This document shows positions 39,169 through 48,414 of a stretch of DNA of 64,000 nt, piece by piece. This DNA comes from a virus. A program made the translations under genes and the position numbers. The stretch is from positions 1 through 64,000 of IMG/VR virus record IMGVR_UViG_3300043446_004967. The stretch is one strand, 5' to 3'. Below the pieces are notes generated by a model. The model was given only the letters and a program-made list of their open reading frames with translations, did not search any database and had not been told where the DNA came from. The first letter of the stretch is position 1, and each line of letters opens with the position of its first letter.

Positions 39169-39939
39169 ATGAAACTTATCTTAGAGAACATCGGGCCTGT
39201 AAAAAAGGCCGAAATACACCTAAAGGATCTCACGGTCGTGGTGAGCGAAAACCCTTTATGCTCTGCGTTACTGCCTAAGGTCATTGACGCAGTGGCCCGT
39301 ATGGTAGGGCGCACCCCCACGGACTTCTGGGGAGACTCGTTAAAAGAGGTGCTAAAGGGCCTACAAAAAGAATTTTTGTGGGCCACCAAACCGTGGGAAG
39401 ACGGGAGCAGAGAGGGGAGGATAAGGGTTCATAGCGAAGGAAGTCTTGTGCTGGAACTTTCGGTGACTTGTACGACAGTCCTAAACGTAAGGCCGCCGGC
39501 AGAAACAACGGTAGACGACATTCAGGTGGGGGTGCGAGTTGAGGAGGCTATCACACACTCAACGCTTTCTTGTTCTTGTGGTGTCGCACACCCTTACAAC
39601 TTCTTACACTGGGCCAACCACCGTTATCCGGGCAGCCGAATGACGGTCGCAGGCGCTTTAATAGAGAGCGGAGTCCATCCTGTAGACCAACTTGCGCTAG
39701 CTAAGAATGTAGTGGAAACGGCGAGAAACTTTGTATTCGTGTGTGTTACTTCCCACAGCCCCTACATGGTGGAAGCTTTAAAAAGGTATTCCGACCGCGA
39801 AGGAGTGTCCGCTCGTTTCGGGCTGGTGGGGGAAGACGGAATCCTCCGATACGATTGTTTGAGCGACATTTTTGCCGGGTTCGCTCAACCTTTCGATGAA
39901 TTTAGGCGGATGGACGCGGAAGATATGCGTGATGAGTAG
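39169..39939 (+). CDS. Degenerate ABC/AAA_15-type ATPase homolog lacking Walker A
   Basis: MKLILENIGPVKKAEI..DLTVVVSEN, ESGVHPVDQ and VTSHSPYMVEAL retained; GKS/T absent. Confidence 0.75.
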   Translation: MKLILENIGPVKKAEIHLKDLTVVVSENPLCSALLPKVIDAVARMVGRTPTDFWGDSLKEVLKGLQKEFLWATKPWEDGSREGRIRVHSEGSLVLELSVTCTTVLNVRPPAETTVDDIQVGVRVEEAITHSTLSCSCGVAHPYNFLHWANHRYPGSRMTVAGALIESGVHPVDQLALAKNVVETARNFVFVCVTSHSPYMVEALKRYSDREGVSARFGLVGEDGILRYDCLSDIFAGFAQPFDEFRRMDAEDMRDE

Positions 39940-39987
39940 GAGAGGCTCAATACATCAATAACCACTTTACCTCACAGAGTTTTTTAT

Positions 39988-40440
39988 ATGGAAACACAAG
40001 AACGAAGCTATATCACCATTAGTCTGACGTCGAAAGTCTCCGGCGGCAAGAAATTGACGGAGGTGGAAGTCGAGTTCACGACCGTCTTTTACAGCAGACA
40101 CCATGAGTCAGATGACTGGAACAGGGAGTCCCGCGAGAGCTTTACACAGACTATTGACCCTCTCCCTTTTGGCAGAGAGTGGTATCAGATTATTTCCGGC
40201 GCGAAAGAACGAGACACCGAACAAATCATGGACGCCTTACGTAGTTATCTGCATAAAGCGCCGGGAAGGGTAACACATCCGGAGAAGTACATACAGCTGA
40301 CCCAGGTTTGTCGCAGACTAGACTATGACGCTAAGGCTAGCACAGAAAGCCAGTTGCGGCTAGTGTTCTCCGTGCCGCTGACCGCGCAGGAGCAGGAATC
40401 ATGGGATTGCGTCCCAGAAGAAAAAACAGCTAGCGTATAG
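39988..40440 (+). CDS. Hypothetical protein
   Basis: ORF. Confidence 0.6.
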   Translation: METQERSYITISLTSKVSGGKKLTEVEVEFTTVFYSRHHESDDWNRESRESFTQTIDPLPFGREWYQIISGAKERDTEQIMDALRSYLHKAPGRVTHPEKYIQLTQVCRRLDYDAKASTESQLRLVFSVPLTAQEQESWDCVPEEKTASV

Positions 40441-40470
40441 CCGTAGTGAGTTTTATGTGAGGGATGTACC

Positions 40471-40830
40471 ATGACTACGCATTGGCTTGAGGCTTACAAA
40501 ACACAAGCGAAGGCTGCCGCCGAACATTATGCGCGCGCAAGTCGCGAGGAAAAAAGAAAGTGCGTTATCGCAGAGATCAAAAAGCTAGCGGAAGGTGAAG
40601 CTAAGAAGCTGTATCCGGGCCGGCGCGTCGCCTGTGCATTTAAAGGAAAAAGCAAATTCTTCCCGTCCGAAGGGCAGTGGATCATCTATCAAGCGGAAGG
40701 TGGGCGGTTCAATATTCATGTTGTCCCGTTGGGGATTGGGCCTGACTATGTAGGCCCTCCCCCGAATCCGTGGGAGGTTTGGGAGGAGGGTGAAATAAAC
40801 AAACTGGAGGAGGTAATATGGACGGAGTAA
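40471..40830 (+). CDS. Hypothetical protein
   Basis: GAGGG RBS. Confidence 0.6.
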   Translation: MTTHWLEAYKTQAKAAAEHYARASREEKRKCVIAEIKKLAEGEAKKLYPGRRVACAFKGKSKFFPSEGQWIIYQAEGGRFNIHVVPLGIGPDYVGPPPNPWEVWEEGEINKLEEVIWTE

Positions 40831-40890
40831 TGGGCGCGATGATATGGCGAACCTAAGTTCCACGTCTCCGGTAAGCTCTCAACCTAAAAA

Positions 40891-41370
40891 GTGTGGATAA
40901 CTCGTATGTCTGTATTTAGACTAAAGGCGACGTTCATTTATTACAAGCCTGTTAGAAGCTTTGATATTGAGGAATATCAGCCGATTATAAAAGATAACCC
41001 CGGAGTTTTTGCTACATGTACCTTTGGTCTAAGGAGGGAATGGCAAAAAATAGCAGATTTTGACGAAAATATAAGGGGGCGGAAGTTTAAGTATAACAAC
41101 ACAGAGTGCATAGCGTTGCGAGCATATTCCCCTTGGTATTGTTGGGGGGGGCGTCATCTGCTTCTTTTTGCGTTTAGCGACCCTAAAGACGGAGCGATAA
41201 AAACAAAAACAAATATTACCAGACCCACCGAAAGAGAGTGCGTTGATTATTTTAATCGGCGACGCGATTTCCTTCTTGGGCAATCTACAGGAATGCTTGA
41301 TTGGCTTGACGCCGATTACGTCAAGAGAATACCCCCGCTTTTAGCAACGCATTCTATAACGTTAGTGTAG
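40891..41370 (+). CDS. Hypothetical protein (AT-richer than neighbours)
   Basis: ORF; start uncertain. Confidence 0.55.
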   Translation: MWITRMSVFRLKATFIYYKPVRSFDIEEYQPIIKDNPGVFATCTFGLRREWQKIADFDENIRGRKFKYNNTECIALRAYSPWYCWGGRHLLLFAFSDPKDGAIKTKTNITRPTERECVDYFNRRRDFLLGQSTGMLDWLDADYVKRIPPLLATHSITLV

Positions 41371-41386
41371 TCGTAAAAGGAGAGGG

Positions 41387-41480
41387 CGGCGGGGACGGTA
41401 GGATTTGAACCTTCGACGCGGCTGCAACGCCGCGTAACGGTTTAGCAACCCGCCGCCTTAAGCCGCTCGGCCAATTCTCC
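41387..41480 (-). tRNA. Degenerate tRNA-Ser(GCT), probably a pseudo-tRNA
   Basis: D-arm TGGCCGAGCGGCTTAAGGC, anticodon loop TT-GCT-AA, long variable arm, T-loop GGTTCAAATCC; acceptor stem has 3 mismatches and ends CCG. Confidence 0.7.
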
Positions 41481-41489
41481 CTCTGATAA

Positions 41490-41514
41490 TCCCGCCCTTT
41501 TTTAAGGGGCGGGA
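41490..41514. terminator. GC-rich hairpin, possible terminator
   Basis: TCCCGCCCTTT/AAGGGGCGGGA inverted repeat. Confidence 0.45.
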
Positions 41515-41683
41515 CCGATCTACCGGATCGAGGGTAATGCTAACAATAGGCGACGACGTCGTCAAGCCTAAAAAACGGGGAGTACGCCATTCCCCCTTAC
41601 AGTGCGCCCTTTCTTCGCGCCTCTAAATAAGGCAAGACTAACCCCCCGTGCCGACGGCTACCGCCGCAACGCTCAGAGCCATG

Positions 41684-42265
41684 TTACTCTCCTTTACTGT
41701 AGATTACGCTTGCCGGCGGATACGGGTAGTCGGCGCTCACGATCTGACGGTCCTTGATGTCCTTAATAATAAAGGCGGGAAAGTCCTCCAGTGTATCGCT
41801 TGGACGGTAGGCGTACCGCAAATACTGTTCCGCCATTTCCTCATGGTTTTGCGCCAGATAAAAAGCGTGCAGCTCCAGCGCCGCCGCCCGAAGGGCGAAC
41901 CACTTGACATCCCTCCTTAGCGCTACGGAAAATCGTTTGCACACTACCATACCGGCTAGACGCGCTTTCGCGGCGTTTTCACAGTCCCGCAAACTTGCGT
42001 ATACATGCGCGTATAGATTATTGGCGCATAATAAAATCTCGGGGTAGTATAACGCCGCTGTTTGGTTGAGGCGTGCGGACATAGCCGCCATCAGCGAAAA
42101 AGCTTTGTTTACGTCAGTCTCCTCCGCCAAGTCCCCGCTTATCATTAAAACGTCTTGGTACGCCTCGTAGCCGGCGTCGCCTGCGGAAAAACGGTCGCGG
42201 CTTAGAACCGCGTGTCGCATTATGTCGCGGGCGAGGCCGGATACCTCTTTTTGATACTCGTACAT
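41684..42265 (-). CDS. Hypothetical helical protein
   Basis: AGGAG RBS; isolated minus-strand gene. Confidence 0.7.
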   Translation of the reverse strand: MYEYQKEVSGLARDIMRHAVLSRDRFSAGDAGYEAYQDVLMISGDLAEETDVNKAFSLMAAMSARLNQTAALYYPEILLCANNLYAHVYASLRDCENAAKARLAGMVVCKRFSVALRRDVKWFALRAAALELHAFYLAQNHEEMAEQYLRYAYRPSDTLEDFPAFIIKDIKDRQIVSADYPYPPASVIYSKGE

Positions 42266-42348
42266 GGCTTCTCCTGTTTATGTCGGCAGGGTCGTCTTTT
42301 AATTAACGCTAGCCGCCCCCGACGGCAAAGTCAAGTGTCCCCTCCCGG

Positions 42349-42378
42349 TTGACAAGAGGGCTGCCGGCAAGGTAATCT
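42349..42378 (+). promoter_or_regulatory. sigma70-like promoter
   Basis: TTGACA-N18-TAATCT upstream of 42410. Confidence 0.5.
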
Positions 42379-42409
42379 GCGGAAGGCCCGTAAAAAAAGA
42401 GAGAAATCA

Positions 42410-42688
42410 ATGATAATAGTGTTCCCGCTGCCGGAGGCTAAGGACAGGCTGCGCGAGCCGGACGCCGAGATTAAAGAAATTACGGCGGACATGAGCGCAA
42501 CCCTAGAAAAACTATCGACTCTTGTGAAACTCGACCGCTGCAAGCATGGCGATTACCTTGTATTCAGTAGGCGAATCCGGCTACTGAGCGAGTTATTAGT
42601 CGAACTGGTAAACGAAATAGGCGTACAGGAACAGCGCATATGTATAATGCAAGAGGTTCCTCGGGACTCCGCCGAGAAGATCTCGTAA
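42410..42688 (+). CDS. Hypothetical protein
   Basis: ORF after the promoter. Confidence 0.55.
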   Translation: MIIVFPLPEAKDRLREPDAEIKEITADMSATLEKLSTLVKLDRCKHGDYLVFSRRIRLLSELLVELVNEIGVQEQRICIMQEVPRDSAEKIS

Positions 42689-42711
42689 CCTTAAAATAAG
42701 GCACATTCATT

Positions 42712-43452
42712 ATGTTTACTCTGTTTACCCCAACCCCGATTGACGCGGCGCCCGCCGAGTATCCGCGACTGTTTGTTGTAGGCCCGGGCTTGGAAAATTT
42801 CCGTCAGTATGAGTCTAACCACCCGGAAATCCAGTGGTTTTACCGGCCGGTTATGCAGGCGCAACACGAAGGAATGCTCCTCGCCATCGGCGCCTGTTTC
42901 GGAGAGTACGGATTGCCCCTCTCTGAGGTTGTCGTGGACGAGGCTACCGAGTACGGACGACATATCGCAGAGAAGCTCCGCGAACAGAATAACTTACGCG
43001 CAAAGAAGACGCGCATTAGTCTTCCGGGTACGCCTTTCAAGTGGGAGCCGCCGAAATACCCGCTCAAAGAGCGAAAACTCTCCTTTTCTGAGCCGACGCC
43101 GTGCTACGTCGATGTGGCGGAACGTAATCACCCCTATTACGCCGAATGGATAAAAGCAGAGATACGCGACTATTCCCTCGGCGGCCTCGCGGAGACGCTG
43201 ACCGTCGCCGTTATTATGGCGGAGGAGGACTTACCGCTGGGAGTGTGGGGAAGGGATCTTGAACGCTTCGTCGAGCGAAACGACGATAAGGTTCTACGGC
43301 TCGCCGCCGCGTGGAAATTCTTTTCCGAAGAAAGGACGCCCTATTACGACGACTATGTTAAAGCGCGGCGCGCCGCTTTTCAGGAACTGTACGACAAGCT
43401 AAAAGAAGCCCTCACGGCGTCTATAAATAAGGAACAAAAGGAGAAGGCGTAA
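42712..43452 (+). CDS. Hypothetical protein
   Basis: 246-aa ORF coupled (TAATG) to the next gene. Confidence 0.7.
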   Translation: MFTLFTPTPIDAAPAEYPRLFVVGPGLENFRQYESNHPEIQWFYRPVMQAQHEGMLLAIGACFGEYGLPLSEVVVDEATEYGRHIAEKLREQNNLRAKKTRISLPGTPFKWEPPKYPLKERKLSFSEPTPCYVDVAERNHPYYAEWIKAEIRDYSLGGLAETLTVAVIMAEEDLPLGVWGRDLERFVERNDDKVLRLAAAWKFFSEERTPYYDDYVKARRAAFQELYDKLKEALTASINKEQKEKA

Positions 43453-44099
43453 TGGAAGACTCATTAAAGGCGGGGTACATTATAGGCGACGTCATCGCGG
43501 TCGCGGCGGACTGGGAACACCCCCGAGATTGGCAAACCAAAAAGATGCTTCCCCTGTGTCGCCAGCGACTAACCCCAGAAGTACGCAAAGAGATTGAGGA
43601 GGAGCAGAAACAGTGGGACGCCGGGCTTGAACTATGGCTTGCGGGGAGACACCCGGATCAATTAAGCGGCGAGTACGGGCATACAAGGCATATCCTATAC
43701 GAGCATATCCATGACACCCGCCCCACTTTTTCCGACTACCTTCCGGATTGGGGAGAGCATGAGCTAACGCACATCGTGTTCTTCTGTCGAGGCACAGATG
43801 TAACCGCAAGTCCACTTTTTTCGTCAGTAGAAAAGGCGGCGCAATGGGCAGTACGGTACTGGCAGGCGCAGCGACGTACAGAAGTCCGGTACGCTGATGA
43901 AAAGGAAGTCAGCTATGCCGATGCGCTGGCGTTTGTCGTTCGCTGCGTCCTGCGACACGAGGGCGCGCGGTTCCTCGAAAAAATAAGCGAAAACATCAAC
44001 GCTTGGCCGGAGTTCGACTGCCGGGAGGGCGAAGTTTGGAGCGCGAGCGAGATGAATCGGCGAATCATCCTTCCGTATTTAGAGTCAAGGAGGAAGTAA
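43452..44099 (+). CDS. Hypothetical protein, 'ADW.HP...LTH' family copy 1
   Basis: VAADWEHP...YLPDWGEHELTH...SPLF. Confidence 0.7.
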   Translation: MEDSLKAGYIIGDVIAVAADWEHPRDWQTKKMLPLCRQRLTPEVRKEIEEEQKQWDAGLELWLAGRHPDQLSGEYGHTRHILYEHIHDTRPTFSDYLPDWGEHELTHIVFFCRGTDVTASPLFSSVEKAAQWAVRYWQAQRRTEVRYADEKEVSYADALAFVVRCVLRHEGARFLEKISENINAWPEFDCREGEVWSASEMNRRIILPYLESRRK

Positions 44100-44428
44100 T
44101 GAGAGCCTTATCCGGCGGTAACGCCCTCGTTAGGTTTATAAAATACCTTAAAAACGAGTATTATCTGAAAAAAAGCGTGAAGGAGCTTAGGAGAGTGCTT
44201 GACACTTTCAATCACGCGACAAGGAACTTAGGGGCAGTCGGCGAGGTACGGCGCAACCTCTGTGAAGATAACTTTAAATCTATAGTCCTCTGCCTGAACG
44301 ACCTCCGTGACATGAACGCCTTGTCTATGTTACGGGAACTGACCGAGCCGGAAAAACTGAAAGTACAGAGACTGAATAACACTTTCTGGGAGCTTCTTGC
44401 GGATATACGCAGAAATATGTATCTTTAG
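44099..44428 (+). CDS. Hypothetical protein
   Basis: TAATG coupling, GGAGG RBS. Confidence 0.6.
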   Translation: MRALSGGNALVRFIKYLKNEYYLKKSVKELRRVLDTFNHATRNLGAVGEVRRNLCEDNFKSIVLCLNDLRDMNALSMLRELTEPEKLKVQRLNNTFWELLADIRRNMYL

Positions 44429-44473
44429 TAGCCCGTCTGTCCGAGGCGGAAAAATAATCGAAAGAGGTAACAA

Positions 44474-45379
44474 ATGCTAATTAAAAACAGGACGGATATC
44501 CCGGTTCCCGAGGAGTTTCTTAGGGGATTTGAGGTGCCGGATGGGCTTTGCGGGCAAGATTTGGCCGAGGAAATAAATAAAAAGGTTGACCTAGACTGGA
44601 GGTTTCTGGACCTGACCGACGCGAATTTGAGCGGCGCGAATTTGAGCGGCGTGGATTTGACCCGCGCGAAACTGATCTACGCGGATTTGACCGACGCGGT
44701 TTTGAGCGGCGCGAATTTGACCGACGCGAAAATGATCTACGCGAAACTGAACGACGCGGATTTGACCCGCGCGGACCTGACCGGCGCGAAACTGATCGAC
44801 GCGGTTTTGACCGACGCGAATTTGACCGACGCGGATTTGACCGGCGCGATACTGATCGACGCGAAAATGACCGGCGCGAAACTGATCGGCGCGGACCTGA
44901 CCGACGCGGTTTTGACCGGCACGGATTTGACCGGCGTGGATTTGAGCGACGCGGATTTGACCGGCGCGGTTTTGACCGGCGCGAACCTGAACCGCGCGAA
45001 CCTGACCGGCGTGGATTTGACCTATGCGGATTTGAGCTACGCGGACCTGATCGGCGTGGATTTGAGCGGCACGGATTTGAGCGGCGCGAAATATCTTGCG
45101 ACCGCAAAACACGATCGGATCATTAAAATCGATTTCCCAAATGCAAATAATTGGGCCGTCGGTGTTTTTGTCTCGTACTGCGGTAAAAAAGATATCTTAG
45201 CAATAGGGTGCAAAAGCTTTTTATTGAGTAAATGGGAGGAAATGGCGGAACATGAAATAGATGAACTCCATGATGATGCGTCAATGTTTTGGAAGAAAAA
45301 CAAAGAAGCAATTTTGGCGGAAGCCAAGAAAGCAATTAATGAATTTAGAGAAAAGGAGACAAAAAATGACCGTCCGTAG
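44474..45379 (+). CDS. Pentapeptide repeat protein
   Basis: About 30 tandem A(D/N/K/V)Lxx repeats; C-terminal IGC..F...W domain. Confidence 0.95.
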   Translation: MLIKNRTDIPVPEEFLRGFEVPDGLCGQDLAEEINKKVDLDWRFLDLTDANLSGANLSGVDLTRAKLIYADLTDAVLSGANLTDAKMIYAKLNDADLTRADLTGAKLIDAVLTDANLTDADLTGAILIDAKMTGAKLIGADLTDAVLTGTDLTGVDLSDADLTGAVLTGANLNRANLTGVDLTYADLSYADLIGVDLSGTDLSGAKYLATAKHDRIIKIDFPNANNWAVGVFVSYCGKKDILAIGCKSFLLSKWEEMAEHEIDELHDDASMFWKKNKEAILAEAKKAINEFREKETKNDRP

Positions 45380-45983
45380 AGTAGCGGCCGATTGGAAACA
45401 TCCGGTGATCCGTAACGGCTCCATGTTCCCGACGTCGGGAATATGGGTAGAACAGACCAACCCGGGTTACCTCCCCTTGCTGCCCAGAAGATGTATGGGG
45501 ACGGAATCCGAGTTCCGCGCCCGGCAAAAAGCGTGGGACGATAATCTAACGCGATGGACGGAGGGAACCCACCCCTTGCAAACGCGAAAAGACGCGCCGA
45601 ACCAACCCGTATACACAAAATACGACGTATACCCACACGTCGTAGGGGAAAGACCTTGCAGGACAAGGTATATGCCCGCGTGGCCCGAGGAAGATCTTAC
45701 CCACCTAATGCTCTACAGCGGCAGATACGACGAACCCCTTACGGGGAACGCCTTCCGCACGATAGAAGAACTGGCGGAAGAGCTCCTACGGATGGCCCGC
45801 GAACGCCCCGCAAAAGGGAGATTCTACGGAGCGTCCGATTACGCCGAAGCGATCAGCATCGTAATCGACGGAATCAAAGACGATCTCCTGCCGGAACCCG
45901 GCGAAAGCGAGGAAACCTTCAAACAAAGGCAACAAGAAACGGTAGAACGGTATAGAAGACCTCAGGAAGCCGTCACCGGCTGA
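45366..45983 (+). CDS. Hypothetical protein, 'ADW.HP...LTH' family copy 2
   Basis: RRVAADWKHP...YMPAWPEEDLTHLMLY; AAGGAG RBS. Confidence 0.7.
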   Translation: MTVRRVAADWKHPVIRNGSMFPTSGIWVEQTNPGYLPLLPRRCMGTESEFRARQKAWDDNLTRWTEGTHPLQTRKDAPNQPVYTKYDVYPHVVGERPCRTRYMPAWPEEDLTHLMLYSGRYDEPLTGNAFRTIEELAEELLRMARERPAKGRFYGASDYAEAISIVIDGIKDDLLPEPGESEETFKQRQQETVERYRRPQEAVTG

Positions 45984-46089
45984 ACGGACGGACCCGATTA
46001 GACTTGCGTTACCCGCTCATCGCCGGTAATGTCGCTTTACGGGCGACAACCCGACAAAAAACAAGGGAACTCAGAAAGGAGATATAGAC

Positions 46090-46470
46090 ATGGACACATG
46101 GGAACCCGTGCACACGGATACGACTAAGAGAAAAACCGCAGAAAAATGCCCGGAAAAACAGTTCGACGACGCGCTGATAACGCTCTATGACTGCTTAGCT
46201 CCCCTGCTTAAAGAAGGCGCCACTCGTACCCTGCCTATCCCCGAGTACGAGAGACTCTTCAGAACGTGTGGGCTCGTAGTTGAACTGTTAAAAGCTCGAG
46301 ACCTTTTAGAGTACCGGGACGCCCCGCCGAAACCGGAAGAAGGCACGCGACCGGAAACCGGCGTAATCTTACAGACGACAATCAACCCGGAACATAAGGA
46401 CGCCTCCGTATGGAGACCTATCCCCGAGCTTAGTCCCGTGCAAAAGACCGGAAACCGACGGACAGGATGA
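46090..46470 (+). CDS. Hypothetical protein
   Basis: AAGGAG RBS. Confidence 0.6.
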   Translation: MDTWEPVHTDTTKRKTAEKCPEKQFDDALITLYDCLAPLLKEGATRTLPIPEYERLFRTCGLVVELLKARDLLEYRDAPPKPEEGTRPETGVILQTTINPEHKDASVWRPIPELSPVQKTGNRRTG

Positions 46471-46708
46471 CGAAACCCTGCTGTTCGTCGAAACCCGGAC
46501 GCTGATCGACGAGATCAGAAACGAAGTCTTCTTCAACCGCGCGTCGGACGAAAAATTGCAGGACTTGTGGACCTCGCTGCAAGAACTCGACGAACTTAAA
46601 GGAACGGATGAAAAAACAGAACGGCTAAAAAAAGAAAAAACCGCCGTAGCGCGTAGACTCACTGAGTATATGGCGGAACGCGGGGTAGAGCGGCCCGGAC
46701 GACAATAA
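46463..46708 (+). CDS. Unannotated paralog of 47516-47902 without a canonical start (frameshifted or pseudogene)
   Basis: Manual translation LIDEIRNEVFFNRASDEKLQDLW...RLKKEKTAVARRLTEYMAERGVERP aligns with the 47516 protein. Confidence 0.6.
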   Translation, partial: QDDETLLFVETRTLIDEIRNEVFFNRASDEKLQDLWTSLQELDELKGTDEKTERLKKEKTAVARRLTEYMAERGVERPGRQ

Positions 46709-46730
46709 ATAAAACAAAAGGATAAAGACA

Positions 46731-47120
46731 ATGGGACATGACATTTTTCACGACAGCACCGACTTGATCGTTATCGGCACTACAAACCGAGGAAGAAAGT
46801 TCATTTATGCCGGAGCCAGAGAACTAGAGCCCTATGACGGGGACGAAAAAACCTTTACCCACGAAGAAGTAGAAGCCTTCGGGCTGAGGGAATACGACCT
46901 CTCTTTCTCGGACCTTGGAAAAGACGTAGCCGATCTGATGGAACGGCAGACGGAAAATGAGGACGAGGAGGGGGAAGAGGAAGTAATCGTAACCGTTACA
47001 TTGTACCAGCTTAGACAAGTAAGGAATGAAGAGGAATACGAAGATGACGAAGATGACGAAGATGTGAGGTATAGAGTGTCCAAGATGCTGGTGTATTACA
47101 GCCCGTTCATTGTAGACTAA
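46731..47120 (+). CDS. Acidic hypothetical protein
   Basis: AAGGA RBS; E/D-rich tracts. Confidence 0.65.
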   Translation: MGHDIFHDSTDLIVIGTTNRGRKFIYAGARELEPYDGDEKTFTHEEVEAFGLREYDLSFSDLGKDVADLMERQTENEDEEGEEEVIVTVTLYQLRQVRNEEEYEDDEDDEDVRYRVSKMLVYYSPFIVD

Positions 47121-47147
47121 AAAATCAGACCCCGAGGAGAAGTAAAA

Positions 47148-47489
47148 ATGGCCGATCATTGGGTTCGTGCCGTTCCGTCACCGGAACTCTGGAGACACCC
47201 GGCGGACGACCGAGGAAAGCCGATCCCGATCAGGAGCTTCCCAAGCGCAGACCGGTTCGCTTTGACACATTACGCGGTCTACGAGTCGGCTAGAGATGAA
47301 GGGGAGATCGGGGACGAGGAGATCCCCTGCTCCCCGGTGTTCGGCACCTACCGAGACGCGATCTTCTGGTACTTAAGGGAAATCTACGTCACAAACGATA
47401 AGACAGCCCACGAGCTGTTCGACCGCTACAGGTACTTCGGGGGCTTAGTGACGGGAAGTCCGTCAGACTTCGACGACGACAATAACTAA
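47148..47489 (+). CDS. Hypothetical protein, short 'W.HP...LTH' family copy 3
   Basis: VRAVPSPELWRHP...LTHYAVYE...PCSPVF. Confidence 0.65.
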   Translation: MADHWVRAVPSPELWRHPADDRGKPIPIRSFPSADRFALTHYAVYESARDEGEIGDEEIPCSPVFGTYRDAIFWYLREIYVTNDKTAHELFDRYRYFGGLVTGSPSDFDDDNN

Positions 47490-47515
47490 CAAACTAATAC
47501 AAAAGGATAACTACG

Positions 47516-47902
47516 ATGGATGATGAACTGTTTATGCAGAAAGTAACGGAGGATAGCCGGTCGCTGTCGCAACTCGGGTTCCCGCTCGAAGGCGCCGTGG
47601 TGTATAGGCAGGGGCGGAGAGCGGAAGCCCTCGAAAAACTGATCGACGAAGTCAAAGACGAGGTGTTCTTTATCCGCGCATCAGGTAAAAAATTACAAGA
47701 ATTTTATACCGCACTGAAAAAGCTCGGCGAGCCGGAAGGGACCGACCCCCGAACGCAACGGCTAAAAGAAGAAAAAACCGCCGTAATCGCCGCGCTAACC
47801 GAGCATATGAGGAAATGCGGGGTGCGGCGGCCGGAAGACGAAGATGCATTCCCCTACAATCCGGAAACTGACCCGGACGATACGGAAAGCTACCTCAGAT
47901 GA
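47516..47902 (+). CDS. Hypothetical protein
   Basis: AAGGA RBS; paralog of 46463-46708. Confidence 0.65.
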   Translation: MDDELFMQKVTEDSRSLSQLGFPLEGAVVYRQGRRAEALEKLIDEVKDEVFFIRASGKKLQEFYTALKKLGEPEGTDPRTQRLKEEKTAVIAALTEHMRKCGVRRPEDEDAFPYNPETDPDDTESYLR

Positions 47903-47999
47903 AGGGAAACAGAGTAACCCAATAACTAGCGCAAGTTTAGTGTAGTATTGTCCGGCCGTACTTTACGAGGCGGTCGGACAGATAAAAGGAGGACATAGT

Positions 48000-48359
48000 G
48001 TGACCGACGAGCCAAGACTAATACGCACGTACACTTACGATAAAGTCACGTTTACCTTACACGATACGTCAGGGCTTTTCGTGGAAATCACAGGTAAATC
48101 TAAAGTGGAGGTGTACATCACACATAAGCTCCAATTTCGAAAAGACACGGGAATGTATAGAGTCCTTGACTCCGCTTGGGCCCTGCGGGAACAAGACGAC
48201 GACGGGTTCAGCTCCGAGCACCCTCCCATCCTGCTGTGGAGCTACGTGCCGGGACAGGCAACCGAACCCGTGAAGGAGTTCCTAAAGAGCGGGCTTCGCC
48301 TCACCAGCGCAAATTCCGGAAAACGTTCCAGAACTATGGAATACACGAAGCCATCTTAA
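48000..48359 (+). CDS. Hypothetical protein
   Basis: AAGGAGG RBS, GTG start. Confidence 0.65.
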   Translation: MTDEPRLIRTYTYDKVTFTLHDTSGLFVEITGKSKVEVYITHKLQFRKDTGMYRVLDSAWALREQDDDGFSSEHPPILLWSYVPGQATEPVKEFLKSGLRLTSANSGKRSRTMEYTKPS

Positions 48360-48414
48360 GGCTCCCTCCCGGGGGTAAACCCCTAAGAAACCGACAGGGA
48401 CGGTAGTGATACCG

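Noticed and set aside
42410-42688. N-terminus faintly resembles peptide deformylase
   Set aside because: No GxGLAAxQ, EGCLS or HExxH motifs.
44520-45112. Repetitive minus-strand ORFs (SNPRR, QIRAG)
   Set aside because: Antisense readings of the pentapeptide repeat gene.
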